Shown: in pieces, positions 9,117 to 17,798 of the stretch
Layout of the letters: each line of letters opens with the position of its first letter
Position numbering within the stretch: the first letter of the stretch is position 1
Origin: Candidatus Acidifodinimicrobium sp.
Lineage (GTDB): Archaea > Nanobdellota > Nanobdellia > Parvarchaeales > Parvarchaeaceae
Length of the DNA: 57,268 nt
Direction of reading: 5' to 3'
NCBI GenBank assembly: GCA_049967035.1
Contig: JBMFTM010000001.1
Coordinates: forward strand, 1-57,268
The notes under the pieces: generated by a model
What the model saw: the letters and a program-made list of their open reading frames with translations, nothing else
Database searches by the model: none
Told to the model about the DNA's origin: nothing
Made by a program: the position numbers and the translations under genes

Positions 9117-9403
9117 TATACGCGGCGTTGAATAGCCCGTTTTCTGTCGCATCTCCACCATCTAAAGTGGCATCACTGTAATGCGTTGTGATATTCGACT
9201 GAGCGCCCAAATAGGGTTTGCACGCCACAGGTCCGCTGTTTCATCCCCTCTCTGCAAAAATCAGCCTTGCCTCATACTTAGCTTGCAGTAGGGGTGTCAT
9301 TTCTGTTCGGTTGCCTACATTTTACTGTACTGCATTGCTGCAGTGTGGTTTTTGCCGTGAACGGACTTCCTCCGACGGTAAATCACATACAACGCCGCGT
9401 ATA
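9117..9403 (-). ncRNA. rnpB: RNase P RNA
   Basis: All elements read on the minus strand. A 14-bp terminal helix pairs 9390-9403 with 9117-9130. CR-I is GGAGGAAGUCCG (9362-9373). ACAGAAAACGGGCU lies at 9134-9147, and its AACGGGCU pairs with AGUCCGUU to form P4. There are GCAA and GUAA-type hairpin loops. GC content is higher than the flanks. A TATA-like box sits about 25 nt upstream, and a T-run (9098-9103) lies downstream. Confidence 0.85.
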
Positions 9404-9506
9404 GGATTATAAAAGGCATGAAAATATATAAATACTTGAAAATTGAATTAGAATTAATTTGAGTTTAGGTGTATTTAAATAATATAAAATCGTTTAAAAA
9501 GGAATT
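9404..9506. promoter_or_regulatory. divergent promoter region for rnpB (minus) and the L2 operon (plus)
   Basis: Minus-strand TTTATATA (9425-9432) is centred about 26 nt upstream of the rnpB 5' helix. Plus-strand TATTTAAATAATATAAAA (about 9473-9489) lies 20-30 nt upstream of the rpl2 ATG. Confidence 0.45.
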
Positions 9507-10205
9507 ATGAAGGTACCAAGATCGAGAAGGAGAGGAAAGAGTAGGATCTTTAGAGTCAATACTTTTAATGCTATCGCTGATGCCAGGATAATAAAAGGCA
9601 ATAGCCCTATGAACTTCAAAGTGGAGGACATAATACATGATAGCTACAGGACAGCGCCGCTGATGAAGGTCAGGTTCGAAGATGGCACCGTATCTTATCT
9701 GCCAGCTTTCAATGGCGCATACGTTGGTCAGATACTAACCTTTTTGAAGGGCGGGGAGAAGGCAGGGAGCATAGATTCGCTCAAGAATATACCAACTGGT
9801 GCGAATGTCTATAATATAGAGCTCAGGCCGAATGACGGTGGAAAACTCGTCAGGTCAAGCGGATTAACCGCTAAGGTGATAAAGAAGGAGAAGGGCTTTG
9901 TATCAATCCAACTCCCAAGTTCCAAGATAATAGATGTGAATGAGAACTGCAGGGCAGTGGTTGGAGTGATATCTAATAGCGGTAGGATGAACAAGCCACT
10001 CTATAAGGCTGGCAACAATTATCACTTAAACAGGGCTAGGGGCAGGTACTGGCCGCTCAATGCAGCTGTTGCGATGAATGCGTATGAGCATAAATTTGGC
10101 GGTAAAAGAAGGAGCTCCCAGCACAAGTCAAAAAGCGTTTCAAGGAATGCTTCTCCTGGTGCTAAAGTGGGAACCATTGCTCCAAGGAGAACTGGCGTGA
10201 AGTGA
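9507..10205 (+). CDS. rpl2: 50S ribosomal protein L2 (uL2)
   Basis: DIIHDSYRTAPLMKVRFEDG, GGKLVRSSG and NAYEHKFGG...SRNASPGAKVG..APRRTG match archaeal L2. Confidence 0.95.
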   Translation: MKVPRSRRRGKSRIFRVNTFNAIADARIIKGNSPMNFKVEDIIHDSYRTAPLMKVRFEDGTVSYLPAFNGAYVGQILTFLKGGEKAGSIDSLKNIPTGANVYNIELRPNDGGKLVRSSGLTAKVIKKEKGFVSIQLPSSKIIDVNENCRAVVGVISNSGRMNKPLYKAGNNYHLNRARGRYWPLNAAVAMNAYEHKFGGKRRSSQHKSKSVSRNASPGAKVGTIAPRRTGVK

Positions 10206-10206
10206 T

Positions 10207-10593
10207 ATGGAAGAGTTCAGGTTCAAGAACAAGACCGTGGAAGAGCTGTCAAATATGCCAACAGATCAGCTTCTGAACTTTGTAAGCTCTAGCTTAAGGC
10301 GCAGGATGAAACGCGGCTTCACAGATCAGGAGAAGAAGCTGATTGAGAAGGTCGAGAAAGCTAGGAAGAGTGGCAAACCAGTAAGGACCCACCTGCGTGA
10401 GATGTTCATTTTACCTTCATTTGTCGGCTTGACGATTAAAGTGCACAACGGCAAGGAATTTGTACCGGTAGAGATAAAACCAAACATGGTATTCCATAGA
10501 TTGGGAGAGTTTGCTATAACCGTCAAGCAGGTTAAGCATGGAACGCCAGGTCTATCTGCAACTAGGTCAAGCAGCTTCGTGCCGATCAAGTAG
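10207..10593 (+). CDS. rps19: 30S ribosomal protein S19 (uS19)
   Basis: VRTHLREMFILPSFVGLTIKVHNGKEF and GEFAITVKQVKHGTPG. Confidence 0.95.
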   Translation: MEEFRFKNKTVEELSNMPTDQLLNFVSSSLRRRMKRGFTDQEKKLIEKVEKARKSGKPVRTHLREMFILPSFVGLTIKVHNGKEFVPVEIKPNMVFHRLGEFAITVKQVKHGTPGLSATRSSSFVPIK

Positions 10594-10595
10594 TT

Positions 10596-11153
10596 ATGGT
10601 AAAACAAGTTTCAGCTAAGAGTGAAAGAGTGCAAGTCTCATTAAAGCATGTGCATGAGATAATGGAGAGCATAAAGGGAAAGAACATCGACAAAGCTATA
10701 AAATACCTTAATGGTGTTTTAGAGGAAAAGAACTTTGTTCCCTTTAATAAGTATGGCGGCAAGGGGCATAAGTCTGGGGTTCCCAGAGGGTATCCAAAGA
10801 GGGCCACCAAGTTTGTGATATCTTTACTGGAAGAGTTGAAATCAAATGCTAAAAATATTAATTTAGATGAGTCCTCGGTTATAATAAAAAAATATTCGCT
10901 TGGTAGGGGAGGATACCCTAGATTTCCAAGCGGGGCCGTGTATAGGCACGGCAAGTTCACTAACCTGGCTGTCTTTGGCGAAGCCGAAGTGAAGGCACAG
11001 AAAGTAGAAAGTAAGGCTTCTGCGCCGGCTGAGGCGGCAGAAGCGGTGAAGGAAAAGAAGGAGGAAAGTAATAACGATGCAACCAAAGAAAATGATAAGC
11101 TCACTGATGAAGGAGCAGGTGACAAGGGATTACCTGCTCAAGCTCTTCAGTAA
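10596..11153 (+). CDS. rpl22: 50S ribosomal protein L22 (uL22) with an Ala/Glu/Lys-rich C-terminal tail
   Basis: SLKHVHEIMESIKGKNIDKAIKYLNGVLE...VPFNKYGG and operon position. About 30 extra C-terminal residues overlap the rps3 start. Confidence 0.9.
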   Translation: MVKQVSAKSERVQVSLKHVHEIMESIKGKNIDKAIKYLNGVLEEKNFVPFNKYGGKGHKSGVPRGYPKRATKFVISLLEELKSNAKNINLDESSVIIKKYSLGRGGYPRFPSGAVYRHGKFTNLAVFGEAEVKAQKVESKASAPAEAAEAVKEKKEESNNDATKENDKLTDEGAGDKGLPAQALQ

Positions 11154-11748
11154 GTTTGGCATAAGTGATATAAAGTTGGATAAGACCCCTCTGGGTGTAA
11201 GGGTCGTAATAAGGACACCAAAGCCAAGGGCGATTGTGAATCGCGCAAGCAATGAGTTGAGGATAGCGTCAAAGAAGCTTGGTGAGATCTTTGAACAGAG
11301 CTCTCCAAGGATAGAAGTAGAAGAGAGCGAGGACCCTATGCTGGATCCGAACGTTGTCGCTGATGCGATCGCTTTTAGGATTGCGAGATTTGGCCCTATG
11401 AAGTACAAGGTTATCGCGCACAAGATGCTTGATGCAATAATGGCAGCTGGAGCAAGAGGAGCAGAGATAGAGATAGGGGGCGTGATAAAGGAGAGAGCAG
11501 CCCATTTCAAGTTTAGACCAAATGGTGGCATCTTGCCTAAGTCGGGTCAGGTAGAGGATTATGGTGTCAGAAAAGGGCAGAAACAGCTCCTTCTAAAGAG
11601 AGGAGCTATAGGTATAAAGGTGACAATAGTCACAAAGAGCAGTAAGTTGGGAGGTATAAACATAACCGATGGAAGAGAAAATAGAGGACCTGGAGATGGA
11701 GCTTCTAAAGATGAACATAAAGAAGACACAGGGTCTGCAGCCAGCTGA
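11092..11748 (+). CDS. rps3: 30S ribosomal protein S3 (uS3)
   Basis: KH-domain block IKLDKTPLGVRVVIRTPKPRAIV, then ARFGPMKYKVIAHKMLDAIMAAGARGAEIEIGG. Start chosen at ATG 11092 by analogy with archaeal S3 N-termini; 11077 and 11107 are alternatives. Confidence 0.9.
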   Translation: MISSLMKEQVTRDYLLKLFSKFGISDIKLDKTPLGVRVVIRTPKPRAIVNRASNELRIASKKLGEIFEQSSPRIEVEESEDPMLDPNVVADAIAFRIARFGPMKYKVIAHKMLDAIMAAGARGAEIEIGGVIKERAAHFKFRPNGGILPKSGQVEDYGVRKGQKQLLLKRGAIGIKVTIVTKSSKLGGINITDGRENRGPGDGASKDEHKEDTGSAAS

Positions 11749-11836
11749 TGCTGGAAAGTACAGAAGCCTTAAGAAGAAGATTGCCAGGTTGAAGAATGAG
11801 ATTCACATGAAAGAACTGAAGGAGAAAAAGTCTTAA
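11669..11836 (+). CDS. rpl29: 50S ribosomal protein L29 (uL29)
   Basis: A 55-aa ORF below the track cutoff: MEEKIEDLEMELLKMNIKKTQGLQPADAGKYRSLKKKIARLKNEIHMKELKEKKS. It has the L29-like helical pattern (..L..EL....., R.LKK.IARL) and the canonical position after rps3. It overlaps the rps3 3' end by 80 nt in another frame. Confidence 0.65.
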   Translation: MEEKIEDLEMELLKMNIKKTQGLQPADAGKYRSLKKKIARLKNEIHMKELKEKKS

Positions 11837-11855
11837 GAAAAAAAATTCAAGTATC

Positions 11856-13214
11856 TTAAGCTGCGCCGATCAAGGCGACACCGGCAAAAACAATAGCCAT
11901 CAATATGATGATTATTGCTTCTTTTAAGGCCCACCTTATGTCTGACTTTATGGGCACAGACTTTATAAGAGAGTACTTCCTCCTATACATGTTTCTAAAT
12001 ACATTGTAATAGTAGAAAGTTGAGAGTAGAAGTATAGCTATCAAAACTATAACCACCCATACATAACCCTGAAATATAAGCGACATAAATATCAGTAGCT
12101 TTCCAAAGAAGCCTATTGTTGGTGGAAAACCTGCCAGAGAAAGCAGCCCCAAGCTCAAGCCTAAAACAGGGACTATCCCTAAATTCTTTGCTTTTCCAAG
12201 GTCGCTTATCAGATACACCCCTTTGCTTTCCAGCATTGAGAGAGAAAGAAATACTAGTGCATCTGCGGTTGCGAATGCAAACACATAGAATACAGCCGAA
12301 TAAACACTTATCGTTGATAGCAAAGACACCCCTACGAAGGCGAACCCAGACTGGGCTATGCTTGAGTATATTAGCATCCTTTTTAGCTTGGACTGTGAGA
12401 TTGCAATTATGCTTGGTACGATTATCGTCGCTATTGCCAGGGTCATCAAAGTCACAAGCATGAACTTCTCAGCGAGTGGAAATGCGTATGTGAATATGTG
12501 CACTATCACTATCAGCCCCGCAGCTTTAGGAACAGAGGATAAGAAAGCGGTTATTGTCGAGTCAGCTGCATCATACGTGTCTGGGGCCCAAGAATGAAAA
12601 GGTACCAGAGTGGCTTCGTAAGCGATTCCAGCCAGTACTATAGCTATCCCTGGGAGAAACAGCAAATAATTTACAGTTGATAAACTAGAGAAACTTAACG
12701 AGCCGGAAGATAGAAAGATGAGCGAAGATCCAAAGACAAGAAGTGCTATGGATAGCATGCTTATGAAAAGATATTTGAATGTACCTTCAAGATGCTTTTT
12801 GTCCTTTACTATTAAAACCAAAGCATATGAAGGAATCGACATCATCTCTAAAGATATTATCAAGGACAAGAAATTGCTTGAAATTACCATCAATGTCGCA
12901 CCAAGTACGGTTATTATGAAAAACACATCTATATAGGTGTCAAGCCTATCAAAGTGAAGCAACATGAAACTAAAAATCAACGTAGATAGTAGAAGGATAA
13001 AACTATTTATGAAGTAAGAATAATCGATGGAGTTAAACAGTGTCGATTGGATGTTACCAAATAAGACCTCGAAAATGAATGATAGCAAAAGTATGCTAAG
13101 GGTAAGGTAATTTATTATTTTAGTAGATTTCGCATTCAGCTCTCTTCTTAATAAGTCAGCCAATGGCACTAGCAAAGCCCCGACTATAAGTATGTACTGT
13201 GCATTTATCATCAT
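11856..13214 (-). CDS. nuoN: NADH-quinone oxidoreductase subunit N-like (antiporter-like)
   Basis: Polytopic membrane protein with LIISLEMMSIPSYALV...EGTFKYLFIS. It is the last gene of the J-K-L-M-N series. Confidence 0.8.
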   Translation of the reverse strand: MMINAQYILIVGALLVPLADLLRRELNAKSTKIINYLTLSILLLSFIFEVLFGNIQSTLFNSIDYSYFINSFILLLSTLIFSFMLLHFDRLDTYIDVFFIITVLGATLMVISSNFLSLIISLEMMSIPSYALVLIVKDKKHLEGTFKYLFISMLSIALLVFGSSLIFLSSGSLSFSSLSTVNYLLFLPGIAIVLAGIAYEATLVPFHSWAPDTYDAADSTITAFLSSVPKAAGLIVIVHIFTYAFPLAEKFMLVTLMTLAIATIIVPSIIAISQSKLKRMLIYSSIAQSGFAFVGVSLLSTISVYSAVFYVFAFATADALVFLSLSMLESKGVYLISDLGKAKNLGIVPVLGLSLGLLSLAGFPPTIGFFGKLLIFMSLIFQGYVWVVIVLIAILLLSTFYYYNVFRNMYRRKYSLIKSVPIKSDIRWALKEAIIIILMAIVFAGVALIGAA

Positions 13215-14632
13215 ATCGCCCCCAAGTTTATACTATTTACCAATATGTAAGGCATGATGCCAAGTATGATTATAACGAAGGAGAATGCTCCCGTTTGTAT
13301 TAGTTCGGATCTGCTCAAGTCATGCAGGTTTTTAGCCGGTGCGAAGAACTTTTCAAAAATTATCCTCTTCACTGCAGACAGGTAATAACCTGTCGCTATC
13401 AACATGGACACGATCGATATGATCATCAGTGGATAGAATTTGAATGCCCCAAGGAATACTAAAAACTCTCCGATAAAGTTGCTGAAACCTGGCACACCTA
13501 TCGACGCAAATACAACTATGAAAAAGAAGAGCGCAAAATTTGGCAACTTCTTCATTAATCCCCCCACCTTAGTCATATCAGTTGTCCCTGTTTGCGATCT
13601 TAGGTAGCCTGTGAGCATGAACGCAAGGGGAGAGATGAATCCGTAGCTTATCATTAAAAATATCCCTCCTTCTATTCCTATAGGATTGCTAGACATGATC
13701 CCCATCAAAGCCAGGCTCATATAAAGCATGCTAGAGTAGATGAACATCATCTTTAAGTCTTTCTTTGAGAGAGCTACAAAAGCAGCGTAGAATGCAGATA
13801 TCACTGCCAATGTCATCACTGGCATTGAGAAGTAGCTCGCAGAGCTTGGTGTTATAAATAAGATAAAGAGAAGCAGGATATAACCCCCTATTTTTGAAAA
13901 TAACCCAGATAGCAGAGCCGTTATATTTGTCGCGGAATCGTAGTATGCACCCGGCATCCATACATGGAGAGGAAACACTGGGAACTTTATTATTGCAGCT
14001 ACTAAAACAAGCATAAACACTGTACTTAGATAGATAGAATTTGCACTATGCGTGAAGGCTGCTATAGAATTTAGCTCAAAGGAACCAGTGTAAAGAAAAA
14101 CCATCAAGAATGCGGTTAAGATGAGCATGCTTGATATCTGTGTGAAGATTAGGAATTTCATCGCAGAGTTGAATGAGCTTTCATTTCCCCATAAGAAGAT
14201 AGCAAAGAAAGCAGATAGCAAAGATATCTCCATAAAGATGAAAATTGAAAGCAAATTGGAAGACATGAACATCGATATAAGGGACACGTATATCACCAGA
14301 AACAAGGCGTCGAATGTCAGCTTCTTGTCGAATACATCGTACTTAGATGAAGGCAGGACAAGCATCGGCATAAGTACAGCTAGGAACAGAAATGGTAGGC
14401 TTATACCGTTTAGATTAAAACTTATAGAGAAGTCGATCGCCTTAGAGATCACAAGATTGAATCCACTGAATCCAAAAATTGTCCCAAGTAGAAGCAATAG
14501 TAGAGTAACGCCCATAGCCGTATAACTTATAGATTTTGATGGTATATTCGAATGTGTTAATCCTTTCAGATATAGGGCTATTATACCCAATGCGCCGGGC
14601 AGTGTCAAATATACAAGACTGATCATATTCAA
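13211..14632 (-). CDS. nuoM: NADH-quinone oxidoreductase subunit M-like
   Basis: IFMEISLLSAFFAIFLWG....AMKFLIFTQISS and VFPLHVWMPGAY are NuoM/ND4-type motifs. 4-nt overlaps with both neighbours. Confidence 0.8.
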   Translation of the reverse strand: MNMISLVYLTLPGALGIIALYLKGLTHSNIPSKSISYTAMGVTLLLLLLGTIFGFSGFNLVISKAIDFSISFNLNGISLPFLFLAVLMPMLVLPSSKYDVFDKKLTFDALFLVIYVSLISMFMSSNLLSIFIFMEISLLSAFFAIFLWGNESSFNSAMKFLIFTQISSMLILTAFLMVFLYTGSFELNSIAAFTHSANSIYLSTVFMLVLVAAIIKFPVFPLHVWMPGAYYDSATNITALLSGLFSKIGGYILLLFILFITPSSASYFSMPVMTLAVISAFYAAFVALSKKDLKMMFIYSSMLYMSLALMGIMSSNPIGIEGGIFLMISYGFISPLAFMLTGYLRSQTGTTDMTKVGGLMKKLPNFALFFFIVVFASIGVPGFSNFIGEFLVFLGAFKFYPLMIISIVSMLIATGYYLSAVKRIIFEKFFAPAKNLHDLSRSELIQTGAFSFVIIILGIMPYILVNSINLGAI

Positions 14633-16377
14633 ACACCTACCATCATAAGTATCATAACAAGGATGACCCCTGCTATAAAGACCACTATATAGTTGCTTAG
14701 GTCCCCACTTTGCAGCTCCCTGGAGATATAAGATAGGCTGAATGATAGGGAACTTACTCTGTTGAAAGCTTCCCCAAGCGTGTATTCAAATCTGTCAACT
14801 AACCCACCGAATTTTGTTATCGCTGTGCCAGTTGATGCTAGCACATCATCATACGTCACTCCCCTGAATACAGATTTCAGTTTTCTGTCAAGCTTTGCAT
14901 AGGAGAAATTGCGATTTGAATACAAATAGTAGGCCGCGAAGAGACCAAGCAAGGCTATTATTGAGTCTAGCACCAGGAATAAGTCAAAGGAGTAAGCTAT
15001 AGGTATTATCGAGTTGAAAAAGAATAAGCTGGCACCACCAACTGTTGAAAGTATGGACAGGATTGCGATAGGTATAATCGCGAACTTGTCTTCTCTTATT
15101 TTTTCTGTTCCGTTTTCATGGTAAACTGTAAAGAACAATCTGAATGAGAAAAGCGATGTAAGGAAAGTCGCTGCCATAAATATGAGTTCGATTGATAGGG
15201 AAAAATTATAGGAGAGTGTGGCGTGTGCAAAGAAACCCAAGAAAGGAGGTATACCTGCCAATGAAGCCAGGCCTATGAAAGCAGGCACATAGAAGATAGG
15301 CTTCCCTATCCCAAGGCCCCTCAGCTTGAATATATTTCTGGTTCCAAACAATATTATGAGCTCACCTGCGAGCAGGAAAAGAAGGGATTTGAAAATCGCG
15401 TGCATTATCAAGTAGAACAAGGCACCATCTGGGTTCAGCGTAGCCACGGCAAGGAACATAAAAGCCAAGCTGTCTATTGTTGAGTAAGCCAATATGCGCT
15501 TTGTGTCCACGCTGTCAAGCGCAAGCAAGCTTGAAATAAATACAGTGATCAAGCTTATCAACACCAAGTAGGCCATTGTTCCGCTCGCATACATTAACGG
15601 GGCTATCACTATAAGTAGAAAAGCCCCGGAGGCTACCATCGTTGCAGAATGGAGAAGCGCGCTAACTGTAGTCGGTGCTTCCATAGCATCTGGGAGCCAG
15701 ACATAGAATGGGAATTGGGCGGATTTAGATAGTGCGGCTATTATAAATAAAGCTGCAGAGATCGTGAGATACACCTGAGGGATGGAGCTTAAACCGGACA
15801 GGGTTGCACTTATGGAGAGTGTTCCGGTGTTGGCGAATAAGACTATTATCGCAGCGAGAAGCGAAATGTCCCCTATCTTTGTAAGGATGAGAGCTTTCTT
15901 TGCTGCCTTGGAAGCAGCTTCTTTCTCGTACCAAAATCCTATCAGAAGATAAGACGATATGCTCATAAGCTCCCAGAAAATGTAAAACAAAAGGAAGCTG
16001 TTGGATATAACTAAACCAAGCATTGCGAATATGAATAAAGACATTTCAAAGTAGTACTTCTCCTGTTTTTCTCTTCTCATGTAAAATATGGAGAAGATAA
16101 GTATCATCAGCGAGATGAAGGAGACCACTATCGCCATGAGTAGGTGCAGGTTATTCGCTATAAAGGAGATCTGAAAGGTATAAGTTCCTATGCTGAACCA
16201 GCTAAAACTCTCAATCAAGTCCTTTGAGAAGTAAACATAGAAAAAAACACTGGATATAAGCAACGATAACGATGTCATTGACACGGCTATCAGACGGCTT
16301 CTCACAAGTTTATCCTTTAAAAAGGCTGTCAAAGCCATTGATATTAACATCGGCAATAAGATCAAGTATAATATCAT
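14629..16377 (-). CDS. nuoL: NADH-quinone oxidoreductase subunit L-like
   Basis: IFWELMSISSYLLIGFWYEKEAASKAAKKALILTKIGD and SAQFPFYVWLPDAMEAPTTVSALLHSATMV are NuoL/ND5 signatures. Confidence 0.85.
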   Translation of the reverse strand: MILYLILLPMLISMALTAFLKDKLVRSRLIAVSMTSLSLLISSVFFYVYFSKDLIESFSWFSIGTYTFQISFIANNLHLLMAIVVSFISLMILIFSIFYMRREKQEKYYFEMSLFIFAMLGLVISNSFLLFYIFWELMSISSYLLIGFWYEKEAASKAAKKALILTKIGDISLLAAIIVLFANTGTLSISATLSGLSSIPQVYLTISAALFIIAALSKSAQFPFYVWLPDAMEAPTTVSALLHSATMVASGAFLLIVIAPLMYASGTMAYLVLISLITVFISSLLALDSVDTKRILAYSTIDSLAFMFLAVATLNPDGALFYLIMHAIFKSLLFLLAGELIILFGTRNIFKLRGLGIGKPIFYVPAFIGLASLAGIPPFLGFFAHATLSYNFSLSIELIFMAATFLTSLFSFRLFFTVYHENGTEKIREDKFAIIPIAILSILSTVGGASLFFFNSIIPIAYSFDLFLVLDSIIALLGLFAAYYLYSNRNFSYAKLDRKLKSVFRGVTYDDVLASTGTAITKFGGLVDRFEYTLGEAFNRVSSLSFSLSYISRELQSGDLSNYIVVFIAGVILVMILMMVGV

Positions 16378-16378
16378 A

Positions 16379-16681
16379 TCAACCTCTGTACTCCTTCAAT
16401 GCGGACATTTCAAGGCTATCGGTTATCTTATTATAGAATATTATCAATGCTATCGCGACCGCAGCTTCAAAAACTGCTATCACAAGGATTAATAGCGCGT
16501 AGGAAACTCCATTCAAATATCCAAAGTAATAGGACCCGGCTGCGAAGTTTATAAGGGCGGCATTTACCACTATTTCGATGCTTATTACGAAGTTTATAAG
16601 GTTTTTCCTCATCAACATCCCGAATACCGCTATTACGAAGAGTATGGATGTAAGATAAAAGACGTATTCGTATGGTATCAT
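16379..16681 (-). CDS. nuoK: NADH-quinone oxidoreductase subunit K-like
   Basis: 100 aa with 3 TM helices. RKNLINFVISIEIVVNAALINF matches the NuoK/ND4L pattern. Confidence 0.8.
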   Translation of the reverse strand: MIPYEYVFYLTSILFVIAVFGMLMRKNLINFVISIEIVVNAALINFAAGSYYFGYLNGVSYALLILVIAVFEAAVAIALIIFYNKITDSLEMSALKEYRG

Positions 16682-17148
16682 TCTCCCTCCACTGATCTTA
16701 TGAAGTAAACTGCTGTCATCAGGCTCGTTAGGAGTGTAACTGCAGCGACTAAAATTAGAACCGAATAATGTGAAAACAGATAAATTCCAAGACTAGGTTG
16801 GTTTGTCTGGCCAACGCTGGTTGTGCTTGCTTGGCCGAACGGCAGAAGTAGCATGAGAGCTATCATCAAGATCGGTAGGGCTATCAAGAGTTTTTTTCTA
16901 TCAAATCCAAGTCTCTCCTCCGGTATAAGTGATGCAGCCACAGTCAACAGGACTACTATCCCGCCGTTGTATATTATGAGTTCTGCTACACCTAGGAATG
17001 GAAAAGCGAGGAGTATAAACATTGATGAAACTAAAACAACGAAGAAGAATAGGAATATAAGCGAATGCATCAACCTCTTGCTAAGCACAACAGCTATTGA
17101 CATCAAAATCAGCAGAGTAGATATCACATAAAAAATCAAGATATCCAT
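16678..17148 (-). CDS. nuoJ: NADH-quinone oxidoreductase subunit J-like
   Basis: LGVAELIIYNGGIVVLLTVAASL resembles the NuoJ/ND6 motif (FLA.vQi.vY.GAi.VL). It is the first gene of the cluster. Start moved from TTG 17196 to ATG 17148. Confidence 0.7.
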   Translation of the reverse strand: MDILIFYVISTLLILMSIAVVLSKRLMHSLIFLFFFVVLVSSMFILLAFPFLGVAELIIYNGGIVVLLTVAASLIPEERLGFDRKKLLIALPILMIALMLLLPFGQASTTSVGQTNQPSLGIYLFSHYSVLILVAAVTLLTSLMTAVYFIRSVEGE

Positions 17149-17234
17149 ATTCTTTATACGACTTTTATCTTTAATAATGTTTAGGAGCTTGAGCAAGATA
17201 GATTTAAATATCGGGGCACTTCATTTGAATTAGA

Positions 17235-17780
17235 ATGGTTAGTAAAGACTTGGAAAGCATCATAAACTCTATGGAGCTTTTTGAGGGGTTGTCATTCTAT
17301 CTGACCGTAAACAAGCATAAGCCAGCAGCTATTATAAGCTCAATCTATGAGGAATCCGCCGAAGATTTCGGCTTGAGGTGCAGATATACGGGCCTTCCCT
17401 CAGCGGTTATTGTTTCATATGATCAGAATAGCCTCAAGGAAATTGATAGAGCAATAAGGAGCAAGGATGATTTCAAAATTGGGGTTGCCCTCGGCTACCC
17501 GGAAAGGGCATCAAGGTCTTTTTTGAAGGATGGTTGGGATGGGACTAGGTTTTTTATGGAGGTAGAAAAACTATTTGAAGAGACAGGGGAAATGCCAATT
17601 CATCTAGCTTATCTTCCATACGTACCTGAGCCAGAAGCGGTTAGAGACGAAAGCTCTGAAAGTTCTGTTCTCGGCATGGAATATATGGAATTCATAAAGG
17701 GGAGATCCCCAGGTTTTTCACGGAAGCTTGAGGAAAACTTCGAAGAAATTGTTAAGGATATAAAGTACTTTAAAGACTGA
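17235..17780 (+). CDS. hypothetical protein
   Basis: A 181-aa ATG ORF divergent from nuoJ. No recognisable motif. Confidence 0.45.
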   Translation: MVSKDLESIINSMELFEGLSFYLTVNKHKPAAIISSIYEESAEDFGLRCRYTGLPSAVIVSYDQNSLKEIDRAIRSKDDFKIGVALGYPERASRSFLKDGWDGTRFFMEVEKLFEETGEMPIHLAYLPYVPEPEAVRDESSESSVLGMEYMEFIKGRSPGFSRKLEENFEEIVKDIKYFKD

Positions 17781-17798
17781 GATGTCCCTATACATGCA

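Noticed and set aside
9218-9412. 64-aa plus-strand ORF, and the N-terminal 36 codons of the 8331-9161 minus-strand ORF.
   Set aside because: Both lie on top of the RNase P RNA gene, a GC-rich structured region with few stops. They are best explained as non-coding.
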